Virus record (IMG/VR): IMGVR_UViG_2910170622_000001
Span: 1-33,788 of that record
DNA from: a virus
Length of the DNA stretch: 33,788 nucleotides
Reading direction: 5' to 3' (one strand)
Within the stretch, counting starts at the first letter, position 1; each line of letters starts with the position of its first letter. A program made the translations under genes and the position numbers. Below, piece after piece: positions 19,101-26,712 of the stretch. Under the pieces are notes generated by a model. The model was given only the letters and a program-made list of their open reading frames with translations. It ran no database searches and was not told the DNA's origin.

Positions 19101-20456
19101 GAGGAAGACGACGACGTTAAGCCACAAGTCGCAACGCCTCCTGTTAACTCTAAAGCGGTGCCAGCTAATAAGCCCAAGCAATCGCCGCGCGCCGACTCTT
19201 ACGAGCAAATCAACTTTAAGCCACCCGTCGAGGCACGACAGGCGTGCAAGAAAGGGCTAGAACTGCACAAAGCAGGCAAGTCAGGCAGTGGTATTGAACC
19301 TGCCACGATTAAAGAGGCAATGGCGATCGCGCAAGGTAAAGCTGTTACCCCTGAAAAGGTCGAAAAGGCGTACAGATGGTTTGCCCGCAACAGTCGCTTT
19401 GCAAGTGCCCCTGAAGGCTCTGGCGCTCACACCGACTGGCTAATTTGGGGCGGCGAACCTTTCAAAACATTCGTAGGCAAAGTAAAGCGGCAGATGGAGG
19501 CAGCACAGGGAGAGCAATCGGACTCTTTTGCTGATGAAAGGCTAAAACTTGATGCGACATGCGGCAAAGGATGGGTAGGGTCAAAACCGCCGGGTTGCAC
19601 TAGAGCAAAGAAGGGGCAACCAATACCGACAGCAGCTAAACCAGAAACTACACCAGTTGCTAAAGAAACCGCTCAACCATCAAAAGCTGCACCCGCAGAG
19701 CAAAAAAACCGTACTGCTGGATCTCACTCTATTTTTAGTCGCAGACTGGTTCAAGCTGAAGGTGATGAGCCAGAAAAAGCAGATATTGAGGCGATGGCTT
19801 CCCAGTTAGAGCAAAAACTGGGGCTAACAAAAAAAGAAGCGAAAGAAACTATTTCTAGCGTCACCAGTTTTACAGGAGATAACTACACAGCGATTCGTAA
19901 AGCTGAACGTGAAGGCAAGCCAACAAAAGAAGGTAAGGCGATCAATCGTTATATCGAAAAAGCGCCAAAATATGACGGCGAAATTTATAGGGGTTTATCG
20001 TTTAAGACCACTAAAGAGCTTGATGACTTCCTGAATACTGCTAAAGAAGGTTCGTCAATGAAACCTGACGCTGTATCAAGTTTCAGTAGCGATCGATCTA
20101 TTGCCGAACGATTTTCTAAAGATTCTGGCAACCAAAACTCGGTTGTTCTTAAAGTCAAACAAAACCGTAGCGGGGCTTCCATACAAGACTTGACACTATA
20201 CCCAGAAGAAGGCGAGGTGCTTGTGCCTAAAAACACGACCTACAGAGTAGCTTCAGTGAAAAGAAAGGGCAACACTGTAGAGATTGAATTGGAGGATACC
20301 GCACCTCCACTTGAAAAAAGCAAAGTGGAAGAGAAGAAGCCTGCCAAAGAAACTAAAGTGCAATCGTTCAATTCGCAAGCAGCGATCGCCAAATTCAAGG
20401 AAGGCAAGCCGCTAAGTCAAGAAGAAGCAGCATTTATCAAACAATTATTAGGCTAA
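16182..20456 (+). CDS. DUF1073-type portal protein fused to a Lys-rich linker, two R-S-E ADP-ribosyltransferase domains and a helical phage-head domain
   Basis: N-terminal ~480 aa with LLRKVVCNIP, RIHRSRVLWFRG, DSILQ, PPSVLFGEFSAGLNATG; ART1 HRG/SSFSSD/AEDEIVVP; ART2 YRG/SSFSSD/EEGEVLVP; FKPP..RQACKKGLE...WLIWGG domain. Confidence 0.88.
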   Translation: MATQNGNGNGNGSVVAHWDDMASLGAALSGGIYNPQTGMGMVGTDPSRSASVFYGGRLEREQQESLFRNYGLLRKVVCNIPRAATYRWGTPTLPTGSSAKLNALIDALNQIPIHSARHVYKGAKKGFQEALKTAFLTGNSALVMDADDGLPLDQPLNLKRLNSVRKLWLFSRWQLVPDDRSLTVLRQSEHFEIVDHRAMDAPEASWRIHRSRVLWFRGAELIDGYTGSYNQGCDDSILQAMLESFYLYTNGVKGAGRMLEDFDFYVHKITGLLGKLESNPQKAQQVISARLEINRQRRSNFRDMVIDKENEEIAPVSRQVGGYSDMLDHCKNYLLASTDYPPSVLFGEFSAGLNATGMETSERQTWNDTTAQAQQDKCEDNVLTLANVLCAAKSGPTQGNELKGLAWHWHVLYAPSPEENAGLQSQFATMLSTLAQVEQSVIGQVGIRTLWGQNEFNQNLVLPKNYVKFLDDAIAAAVIPPPPEEEMLGEAELEGEEFEGEEQLALEGNDQDQAIADELLDDRTLLDSNDVFFLYHLDASTRSELLAKVKAKNESLAKGKKFNAFGKTTAEIRAFVGEGGDSPASKSKGTAKPASGKAGKYQTSKTSGAIANAIARKTGAKAEDIEQDLRGKIQKAIDKKRRDLKKAGKEVTDKDLRQAARDVVKIEAKGAIAKAKGEPIAPEKAIVKKPKATKAKAVETPEAAEPKKTKTAKKKVVEVEPKPMEEKPVKATKLKEKAKDKLNVGTETKPQKQEKSGSKTGEVRGAAGGREPVPETDEKERKRALETHDVIKGDLSRDQKIDRIAEITGLDKTKAEFALDGISTFTSDAGEIRQFEIGQPLKSDDQEYKDGVKESADGTNLYVRSMPKFKGEIHRGLKFNTDEERDKFISSVSNGFELQALSSFSSDPAIALRFSVGMKKKPGVVISVKSNTKGASVKGVSSVPAEDEIVVPKGAKYKVVKQYVKDGTVHLDVEEDDDVKPQVATPPVNSKAVPANKPKQSPRADSYEQINFKPPVEARQACKKGLELHKAGKSGSGIEPATIKEAMAIAQGKAVTPEKVEKAYRWFARNSRFASAPEGSGAHTDWLIWGGEPFKTFVGKVKRQMEAAQGEQSDSFADERLKLDATCGKGWVGSKPPGCTRAKKGQPIPTAAKPETTPVAKETAQPSKAAPAEQKNRTAGSHSIFSRRLVQAEGDEPEKADIEAMASQLEQKLGLTKKEAKETISSVTSFTGDNYTAIRKAEREGKPTKEGKAINRYIEKAPKYDGEIYRGLSFKTTKELDDFLNTAKEGSSMKPDAVSSFSSDRSIAERFSKDSGNQNSVVLKVKQNRSGASIQDLTLYPEEGEVLVPKNTTYRVASVKRKGNTVEIELEDTAPPLEKSKVEEKKPAKETKVQSFNSQAAIAKFKEGKPLSQEEAAFIKQLLG

Positions 20457-23400
20457 TTATGATTAATCATAAAAAGTTTGGAGACACTGACAGTAGTTTT
20501 TGGAGCATAACACCATCTGAACCGAAAGCCGATGCATTCCCCAAGTACGATCGCCGCGTGTTAATTCACGGTTGCACGATCGGCATCACGCACCCAGTTG
20601 GTAGTCATCGCTTCCCCAACGGCAAACCACTGATTGCAGCGTATGGGCACTTACTCGGCACCTCAGACCGATCGCGCCACTCTTCCAGCGCTGACATCTA
20701 TCTCGGCAACGAGCCAGAGTCAACGCAGTTATGGAAAGTGACTCAGACGAAGCCAGATGGACTCTTTGATGAGTACAAGTATTTTGCTCATGTCAAAGAT
20801 GCAGCACAGGCGAGGGCATTACATCGCTACCACGTTGGGGGCGATCGCTCTGGGCAAGTAGAACCTGCTGATTGGTCAGAACTCAAAACAAACCGCTGAG
20901 AGAAATCCTTATGCCGACATTGACTGAGATGGAAAGACTAGCCGATCGCTACTCGATGCCGATCGCTGAAGTTGTGGCAGTGATGGCTGCGAGAGAGGAT
21001 GCTGAATGCGGCAGAGGGTGGCAAGGGAACAAGCCAGGTTGCACTAGGGCTAAAAGCAAAGCGTCTTCCTCAAATACAACAGCAGTTAAAAAAGAATCTG
21101 CCCCACAACAAGTAGAGAGAAAGGCTAAGACTAAAGCAGTTGAAGCAAAACCAAAAGATAAATCAATAAAGGAAGCCGAAAATGGATCAAAAGTACCTGG
21201 ACGAGTTACACGAACTGGAAGCAGCAGCGGGGTCAGCACTGGCGGCAACACAGAAGCCGAAACCCTCCAATCAAGCGGAATCAAAACCGATGCCGATAAA
21301 AAAGAAGTAGAAAAAAATCTAAGGTCATGGATTTCAAAGAATGCAGACCTTAGAGGCAAAAAGGATGCGCCTAAAACACTAGAAGATAACGCTAGTATTG
21401 CGTTTGAGATACTTGATAAAGTCGAATCTGGCGAGAGTTCCTTTACAGGGATTAAAGATAAAAAAGGGAATCTGCAAGCTGCCGCGATCGTTAAGGAAGG
21501 CAAAGACCACCTAGAAATTGAGTATTTAGCAACGGCACCTTGGAATATCGCAGGGAAGGACAAGAAGGCTGTCAGAGGTGCTGGCACTGCCGCCATGGCG
21601 TCTGTCATTGCTGAAAGTGTGAATAAAGGGCACGGTGGCAAAATTAGGCTTGATGCACTGCCAGGTGCAATTCCTTTCTACGAAAAAATAGGCTTCAGTG
21701 TCACTGGCAAAACGAAAGGCGGCAACGACGGCGTGATGTCTATGGAGCTAACACCACAAGCGGCTAATGCTTTTCTTGAAAAGATTGGGAAGAAAGCCAA
21801 AATGGATTCATTGCACCCATCAACCGCTTCACTAATCAGCGCGATCGCAAAGTATCAGCAGCAAGGCTACGACATAGCACCAGCGATCGACTCTATCCGC
21901 AGCGATGGCAAGTGGCAACCTTGCGGCAAAGGGTACGCACCCCCAGGCACGTGCAAGAACGGCAAGCCGGAAGCAAAGGGTAAAACTGCTACAAGTCGCC
22001 ATATCCTTAACCCCAACGCTGACCTGAACTCAAGCGCGGGGCAGAAAGAGGCAGTGGGCAGAACGAGCCGTATCAATCAGTTGGTCGATAAGCTGGCAAA
22101 CGGTCGGTTTAAGGTCACTCCAGACGATCCAAACAAGGCGGGTAAGATGGGCGCTCTCACCGCCATGCGTGACGCTAAGAACCCTAACATCGGGTTGATT
22201 ACTAGCCACAACGCTAAAGACGGCATCACAGGAGCAATGTCTTACAAAGAGGGTCGGAACACTATCACAGTGCAGAACTTTGGCGCTGATGGTTCTGCTA
22301 AAGGCTCTGGCTCTGAAATGTTCAATCAGTTGTTGCTTCATGCTGCCAAGCAGGGCAAAGGGTTAGAAGCTTCATCAGTGGAAGGGGCAAAGGGTTTCTA
22401 TAGCAAGATGGGCATGACTGACGAAGGCTATGGGCAATTCTCTATGTCGAAGCGTGATGTTGCTGCTGCCGTTGCCAAGTTGAATGCTCGCACTGATTCA
22501 AGGTTAGATGCCACTACAAAGAACTCACCACCTAAGCCATGCGGTAAAGGTTGGCAAGGCACAAAGCCAGGTTGCACTAGAGCGGGGAAAGGGCAACCCA
22601 CCCCTACAAAGTCAGCAACACCGAAAGCAGCAACACCAGTTGCCAAAAAGAGTAAAGCGACAACCAAACCACAGCCATCAGACGACCTTGAAACGCTGAA
22701 GAAAAACTATGAAGAACGGGATGCTCGATCGCTTGGTGGCGTTACAAGCAAATTCAGCGATGTGGGCAATATGATGCAGCTTTACGCTGATGAAATTAAG
22801 TCAGCAGGTAAAGGCGATAAAACATTGACTGCTGCTTTCGATCGCGGTGAGCGTAACTGGAATCCTGCGCTAGTGGTTGAGACAGACAAAGATCAGTACG
22901 AAGCGATCGGTGAGAGTAGCAACCGGACGATCGCGGCTGCTAAAGGGTCGAAAGAAGGTCGAGCATTTAGCATCATCGTGCCAAATAATCCTGATCAGAT
23001 TGAACTTGCCAAAATGCTGCAAGTGCCTGACAAAAAGAACCCAGCGGTAATGGGCAAAGAGCGGGCAGACGACAAAGAAGACAAACAATCGTTTGACTAT
23101 GGCAATTACATCAGTGCCTACTCAGACACGATCGCGTCCCCCTCTGGCAAACGTCAGCACGAAGGCACCGACGAGCAAATCGAAGCCGCTGCCAAGAAGT
23201 TGTTAGCGACGAATGGGCGTAACTGGGTGCCGATCGTCGTGAAGCCGACTGGTAAGAATGAAGCAGGCGACGAGCAGTTTGAAGTGGTGGGCAACCACTT
23301 CGCCTATGATGTGGCACGCAAAGCAGGATTAGAGCGCATTTGGACAGTTGTAGCTGATGACACTGTGAACGCTGCCAAACCAAAGACAAAACAGACTAAG

Positions 23401-24729
23401 GCTGACTCTATGCACCCATCTACAGCAGCACTGATTAGCGCGATCGCCAAATATCAGCGCTTAGGCTACAACGTTGATAGCGCGATCAACTCGCTCAGGC
23501 AAGATGCCCGCGGCGAGGGAGTTGCTTGTGGTAAATCTTTTATTAGTCCTAGAGCCAAATGCAGCAAGGAAAAGTCTAAAACAACTTCCAAGGAAGCGTT
23601 ACAGAAGACTACAGCGAAGGCAAAAGCACGACAGCAGCTAAGGGCAGAAGTCGAGGGGCGTGGCAAGCCTAAGTCCAAAGGCATGACCAAAGCAGAAGTC
23701 TCAGAGATGATGGCTAACCCTGAAGCGGAAGCCGCACGACTGGCTGTGATGGGCTACCCCAAAGTCGAGCCATCCGCCCGATCGCGCCGGATTGCAGGCT
23801 TAGTCGATGACCTGAAGACCACTGCCAAAGCAGAGGATAAGAACGCCGATCGCATTCAGGCAGTTGCCGCTGAAGCGCTGAGTCGTCTAGGCATTGAAAC
23901 TACGCCATCGAAGACACAGACACAGCCAACTAAGCTACCCGCAGGAGGATCAGGTAAGCAACGGTTACAAGCAGCGATGGAAGGGCTGAAGGCCAATACT
24001 CAGGCTGACTTGGTGAACGCTGCCCAAGGGCTAGCTGTGGCACAAGTGGCAGTCAACGAGTTGACCAAGCAGGCAGAGAAAGATAAGCAGAAGGAGAAGA
24101 GAGCGATCTCACCTACACCAGAAGAAGGCTCAACTGCTGCTATGTACGAACGCAGAGCGCGTGAGTTTGAGCAACGCAAGGAGCAACAGCAGCGTGATCA
24201 ACAGAAACTAGCAACCGCTGACTTAAGCAAACTCACACCAGAGCAGCGTCAAGTAGCAGCACAAATTCAGCGCAAGGTAGAACAAGGTTTCACGATCGAC
24301 CCTGCTATCACCAAACAACGGCGTGAAGAGATTCAAACGAAGCTAACCAGACAAGGCAGGCTAGGGCGTAAAGAGCTTTTTGAGAACCTAGCAGCGTGGC
24401 AGGCAGAAGACGAAGTGCTGAGAAAGTTGGGCTTCCCCACCGCTAGCGATCGCCCTAAGCCTACTCTCAAACCCAAAGGCATCACTTCTGCCCCCCAGTC
24501 GTCACGCGGTAGAAGTGGCACCGCAGGCGATAACCCTAACTACAGGGGCAAATATGGCTACGTTAGCGTCGATTCACTGTCACCTTCTACCGGGTCACTG
24601 ATTAGCGCGATCGCTAAGTACAAAGCAGATGGGTTTGACGTTACACCAGCGATCGAGGCTTTTAGGAAGGATGCAGCGTGTGGCAAAGGTTGGCAAGGTA
24701 CAAAGCCACCAGGCTGTACTAGGGCTAAA
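19560..24729 (+). repeat. Dispersed coding repeat A: CG(K/R)GWxGxKP(P)GCTRA at 19560, 21007, 22540, 24679; variants at 21922 and 23527
   Basis: Visible in protein and DNA (tg[ct]gg[ct]a[ag]agg.tgg...cc[ag]gg[tc]tg[ct]actag). Confidence 0.9.
20459..20899 (+). CDS. Phage inorganic pyrophosphatase-like (InPase) domain protein, degenerate
   Basis: ITHPVGSHR, AAYGHL.GT, DIYLG, Q.KPDG.FDEYK match the phage InPase pattern; the usual DGD motif is missing. Confidence 0.65.
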   Translation: MINHKKFGDTDSSFWSITPSEPKADAFPKYDRRVLIHGCTIGITHPVGSHRFPNGKPLIAAYGHLLGTSDRSRHSSSADIYLGNEPESTQLWKVTQTKPDGLFDEYKYFAHVKDAAQARALHRYHVGGDRSGQVEPADWSELKTNR

Positions 24730-25773
24730 AGTACAAAGCCTAGCCCAGAGAAGACAGTTGCAAAGAAAGCGCCACCAAAAGCTGTCAAAACAACAGAACT
24801 TAAAAAAGAAAAGGCACCCAAAAAACAAGCCGCTAAAGCAAAACCAGAAGTAGCTGATGACTCTGTGAAGAATGGAGTTGTCAAAGCGAAGGCAGGCGAT
24901 TTAAACCCAGTTAAGCTGACTGCTGATGAGATGGTTAACATATCAGATCGCTTAGACAGTATCGACACTAGCGCTAACGGCGACAGGATTGGGGCAGCTT
25001 GGGCAAAAATACAAGGTTTTGACGGCAAACCAGAGCTTTCCTCTAAGGCAGATATGGATGCTGCTATAGCTAGGGGCGAGACAGCAACGTATAGAGGGGT
25101 GGCTCTTGAGAGTCATGCCAAACAGCTTCAAACTGGTGAGCTATTTGTTGGAGGTGGTTTGTTTGGCGACTCCATCTATACAGCAGTCGATAATCCACCG
25201 GGGTTAGGTTACAAGACTGCAAGCGGTTATGCAGGCGAAGGCTCAACAGTAGTCAGGATGTCGATCAAGCCTGGACTGAAAATAGTCAAGCACGATGCCT
25301 TGATTAAAGAAATGGAGGAAGCCGCGGAAGATTTCAAGGAGAAAAAAGCACCGTTAATTATTCAGAAAGAAACCGAGCGCCTAAACAAGACTGTCAGCTT
25401 GAAAAAGGTTGACAGCAAGACAGATGCAATGTCGATCGATGGCGTTGATGCAGGACAGGTTAAGAAGGTAGGAAAGTTTTATCGCACGATCCTACCTGGG
25501 TATCGTCGTGAAGAAGACACCAAATTCAAAACACCCGAAGAAGCTCAAGAGTCTTTGAAAAAGCGAAAAATGTCAGAACTGGCAGAATTGAAAGTAGCAA
25601 AAGTCTACGACAATTTCTTTCTCAATGAAGGTACATACGCTTCTGCCCGTGGCTATGACGGCTATAGTATTGCCAATACTAAAGGGGGCAAAACACCTCT
25701 AGCTGATTACACAATGATTACCAACAGGACTGCATTAAGAATGCAGTCTGAACTACTGAGCAAGCAGTCATGA
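20911..25773 (+). CDS. Polyvalent effector polyprotein: GNAT, GNAT, ParB-like x2, coiled-coil, C-terminal ART-like domain, separated by repeated modules
   Basis: GNAT1 IEYLATAPWN..RGAGT..DALPGAIPFYEKIGF; GNAT2 KGSGSEMF..AKGFYSKMGM; ParB-like RNWVPIVVK..FEVVGNHFAYDVARKAG; ART-like YRG..G.GLFGDSIY..ASGYA..GYDG..ITNRTAL. Confidence 0.82.
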   Translation: MPTLTEMERLADRYSMPIAEVVAVMAAREDAECGRGWQGNKPGCTRAKSKASSSNTTAVKKESAPQQVERKAKTKAVEAKPKDKSIKEAENGSKVPGRVTRTGSSSGVSTGGNTEAETLQSSGIKTDADKKEVEKNLRSWISKNADLRGKKDAPKTLEDNASIAFEILDKVESGESSFTGIKDKKGNLQAAAIVKEGKDHLEIEYLATAPWNIAGKDKKAVRGAGTAAMASVIAESVNKGHGGKIRLDALPGAIPFYEKIGFSVTGKTKGGNDGVMSMELTPQAANAFLEKIGKKAKMDSLHPSTASLISAIAKYQQQGYDIAPAIDSIRSDGKWQPCGKGYAPPGTCKNGKPEAKGKTATSRHILNPNADLNSSAGQKEAVGRTSRINQLVDKLANGRFKVTPDDPNKAGKMGALTAMRDAKNPNIGLITSHNAKDGITGAMSYKEGRNTITVQNFGADGSAKGSGSEMFNQLLLHAAKQGKGLEASSVEGAKGFYSKMGMTDEGYGQFSMSKRDVAAAVAKLNARTDSRLDATTKNSPPKPCGKGWQGTKPGCTRAGKGQPTPTKSATPKAATPVAKKSKATTKPQPSDDLETLKKNYEERDARSLGGVTSKFSDVGNMMQLYADEIKSAGKGDKTLTAAFDRGERNWNPALVVETDKDQYEAIGESSNRTIAAAKGSKEGRAFSIIVPNNPDQIELAKMLQVPDKKNPAVMGKERADDKEDKQSFDYGNYISAYSDTIASPSGKRQHEGTDEQIEAAAKKLLATNGRNWVPIVVKPTGKNEAGDEQFEVVGNHFAYDVARKAGLERIWTVVADDTVNAAKPKTKQTKADSMHPSTAALISAIAKYQRLGYNVDSAINSLRQDARGEGVACGKSFISPRAKCSKEKSKTTSKEALQKTTAKAKARQQLRAEVEGRGKPKSKGMTKAEVSEMMANPEAEAARLAVMGYPKVEPSARSRRIAGLVDDLKTTAKAEDKNADRIQAVAAEALSRLGIETTPSKTQTQPTKLPAGGSGKQRLQAAMEGLKANTQADLVNAAQGLAVAQVAVNELTKQAEKDKQKEKRAISPTPEEGSTAAMYERRAREFEQRKEQQQRDQQKLATADLSKLTPEQRQVAAQIQRKVEQGFTIDPAITKQRREEIQTKLTRQGRLGRKELFENLAAWQAEDEVLRKLGFPTASDRPKPTLKPKGITSAPQSSRGRSGTAGDNPNYRGKYGYVSVDSLSPSTGSLISAIAKYKADGFDVTPAIEAFRKDAACGKGWQGTKPPGCTRAKSTKPSPEKTVAKKAPPKAVKTTELKKEKAPKKQAAKAKPEVADDSVKNGVVKAKAGDLNPVKLTADEMVNISDRLDSIDTSANGDRIGAAWAKIQGFDGKPELSSKADMDAAIARGETATYRGVALESHAKQLQTGELFVGGGLFGDSIYTAVDNPPGLGYKTASGYAGEGSTVVRMSIKPGLKIVKHDALIKEMEEAAEDFKEKKAPLIIQKETERLNKTVSLKKVDSKTDAMSIDGVDAGQVKKVGKFYRTILPGYRREEDTKFKTPEEAQESLKKRKMSELAELKVAKVYDNFFLNEGTYASARGYDGYSIANTKGGKTPLADYTMITNRTALRMQSELLSKQS

Positions 25774-26070
25774 GCAAAGAGATAGCTTTTACCACATTGA
25801 GCCAAAGGGCAGGCAAGGTAATAAATGCCCCTGTCTTTAAGAAGTTGAAGTTTGACAGTTTAGCGAAGTACTTCAAGCTTGTTGGCGTAATTAATAACAC
25901 TGACTTCTTTGAGAATCTGCCTGCATCTACTCAAGCCTTAATCAAGCAAGCAGAGCAAGAGCTGGACGAAAAGTCTAGCCAACCACCTAGCACCATACGA
26001 CCATCCACTGATTCATTGGTTAATGCGATCGCTAAGTTCCAGAAGCAAGGCATTAAAATCGACTCTGCCA
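21805..26070 (+). repeat. Dispersed coding repeat B: DSx(H/S)PSTxxLISAIAKYxxxG(Y/F)xxxxAI at 21805, 23404, 24571, with a divergent copy at 26001
   Basis: Four aligned copies, three in the polyprotein and one in the downstream gene. Confidence 0.88.
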
Positions 26071-26258
26071 CAGCCTTGGACATTCTAAAACAGCACAAAG
26101 ATGGGATGAGCAAATACGATCGACTGGTCAAGTCTCTAGCTGCTAAAGGTGCTGATGATCCAAAAGCGCTAGCAGCAGCGATCGGGCGCAAGAAGCTCGG
26201 TAAGAAACGGTTTCAGGCAAGAGCAAAAGCAGGCGCGAGGAAAGCGGCTAAAGCATGA
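25770..26258 (+). CDS. Putative immunity-like protein fused to repeat B and a basic tail
   Basis: ATGA coupling to the ART-like C-terminus; LSQRAG...FENLP..TQALIKQAE; PSTDSLVNAIAKFQKQG; KGADDPKALAAAIGRKK. Confidence 0.7.
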   Translation: MSKEIAFTTLSQRAGKVINAPVFKKLKFDSLAKYFKLVGVINNTDFFENLPASTQALIKQAEQELDEKSSQPPSTIRPSTDSLVNAIAKFQKQGIKIDSATALDILKQHKDGMSKYDRLVKSLAAKGADDPKALAAAIGRKKLGKKRFQARAKAGARKAAKA

Positions 26259-26712
26259 CGGGGACAAGCTTAGGCGATCGCCCTTTCTTCCCCTTCACGG
26301 TACGCACTGGTAATGGTGTGCTGACAACTGGCGCGATCGCCTCTACAGCCCCAGCCTTGACCACTACTGGCTTCACGCTGACAGTTACGGCAGGGGTAGC
26401 CTCTTTCTCAAGGCACGAGTCAACATAACCGTCCGACCATGCTCTGAACTTGCCTCCTGCCATAAATGCTGTGTATGCGGCTAGGGCGATCGCTGCGAGT
26501 ATTGCCCTGCCTGTGAAGCGGTACAAAGCTTTAGCGGTAGGTGAAGTATAAAAGCGGTGAACTTCAAGCGCTACAGGCTTAATCTCGGTGGTGTAGGCAA
26601 GGTTGATGGAGTGCGCGATCGCTTCTGCCACAAGCTTAATTGAAACGTAACAGCTAGCGGCGAAGACTACGGAAAAACGACCAGCACCAGACTGGAAGAG
26701 TGAGACTTGCAT
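26248..26712 (-). CDS. Accessory (moron-like) hypothetical protein with one hydrophobic segment; start MQVSLFQ
   Basis: AAGGA RBS, own sigma70-like promoter, segment AILAAIALAAYTAFMAG. Confidence 0.6.
   Translation of the reverse strand: MQVSLFQSGAGRFSVVFAASCYVSIKLVAEAIAHSINLAYTTEIKPVALEVHRFYTSPTAKALYRFTGRAILAAIALAAYTAFMAGGKFRAWSDGYVDSCLEKEATPAVTVSVKPVVVKAGAVEAIAPVVSTPLPVRTVKGKKGRSPKLVPVML

Noticed and set aside
16353-25028. Many antisense ORFs (e.g. 16353-16808, 18764-19177, 20949-21641, 24558-25028)
   Set aside because: Shadows of the long Lys/Ala-rich plus-strand genes; no motifs or RBS
19560-26070. Repeats A/B as a CRISPR array or DGR template/variable repeats
   Set aside because: Copies are hundreds to thousands of bp apart, in frame, and vary mostly at synonymous positions rather than only at adenines; no cas or reverse transcriptase gene is seen
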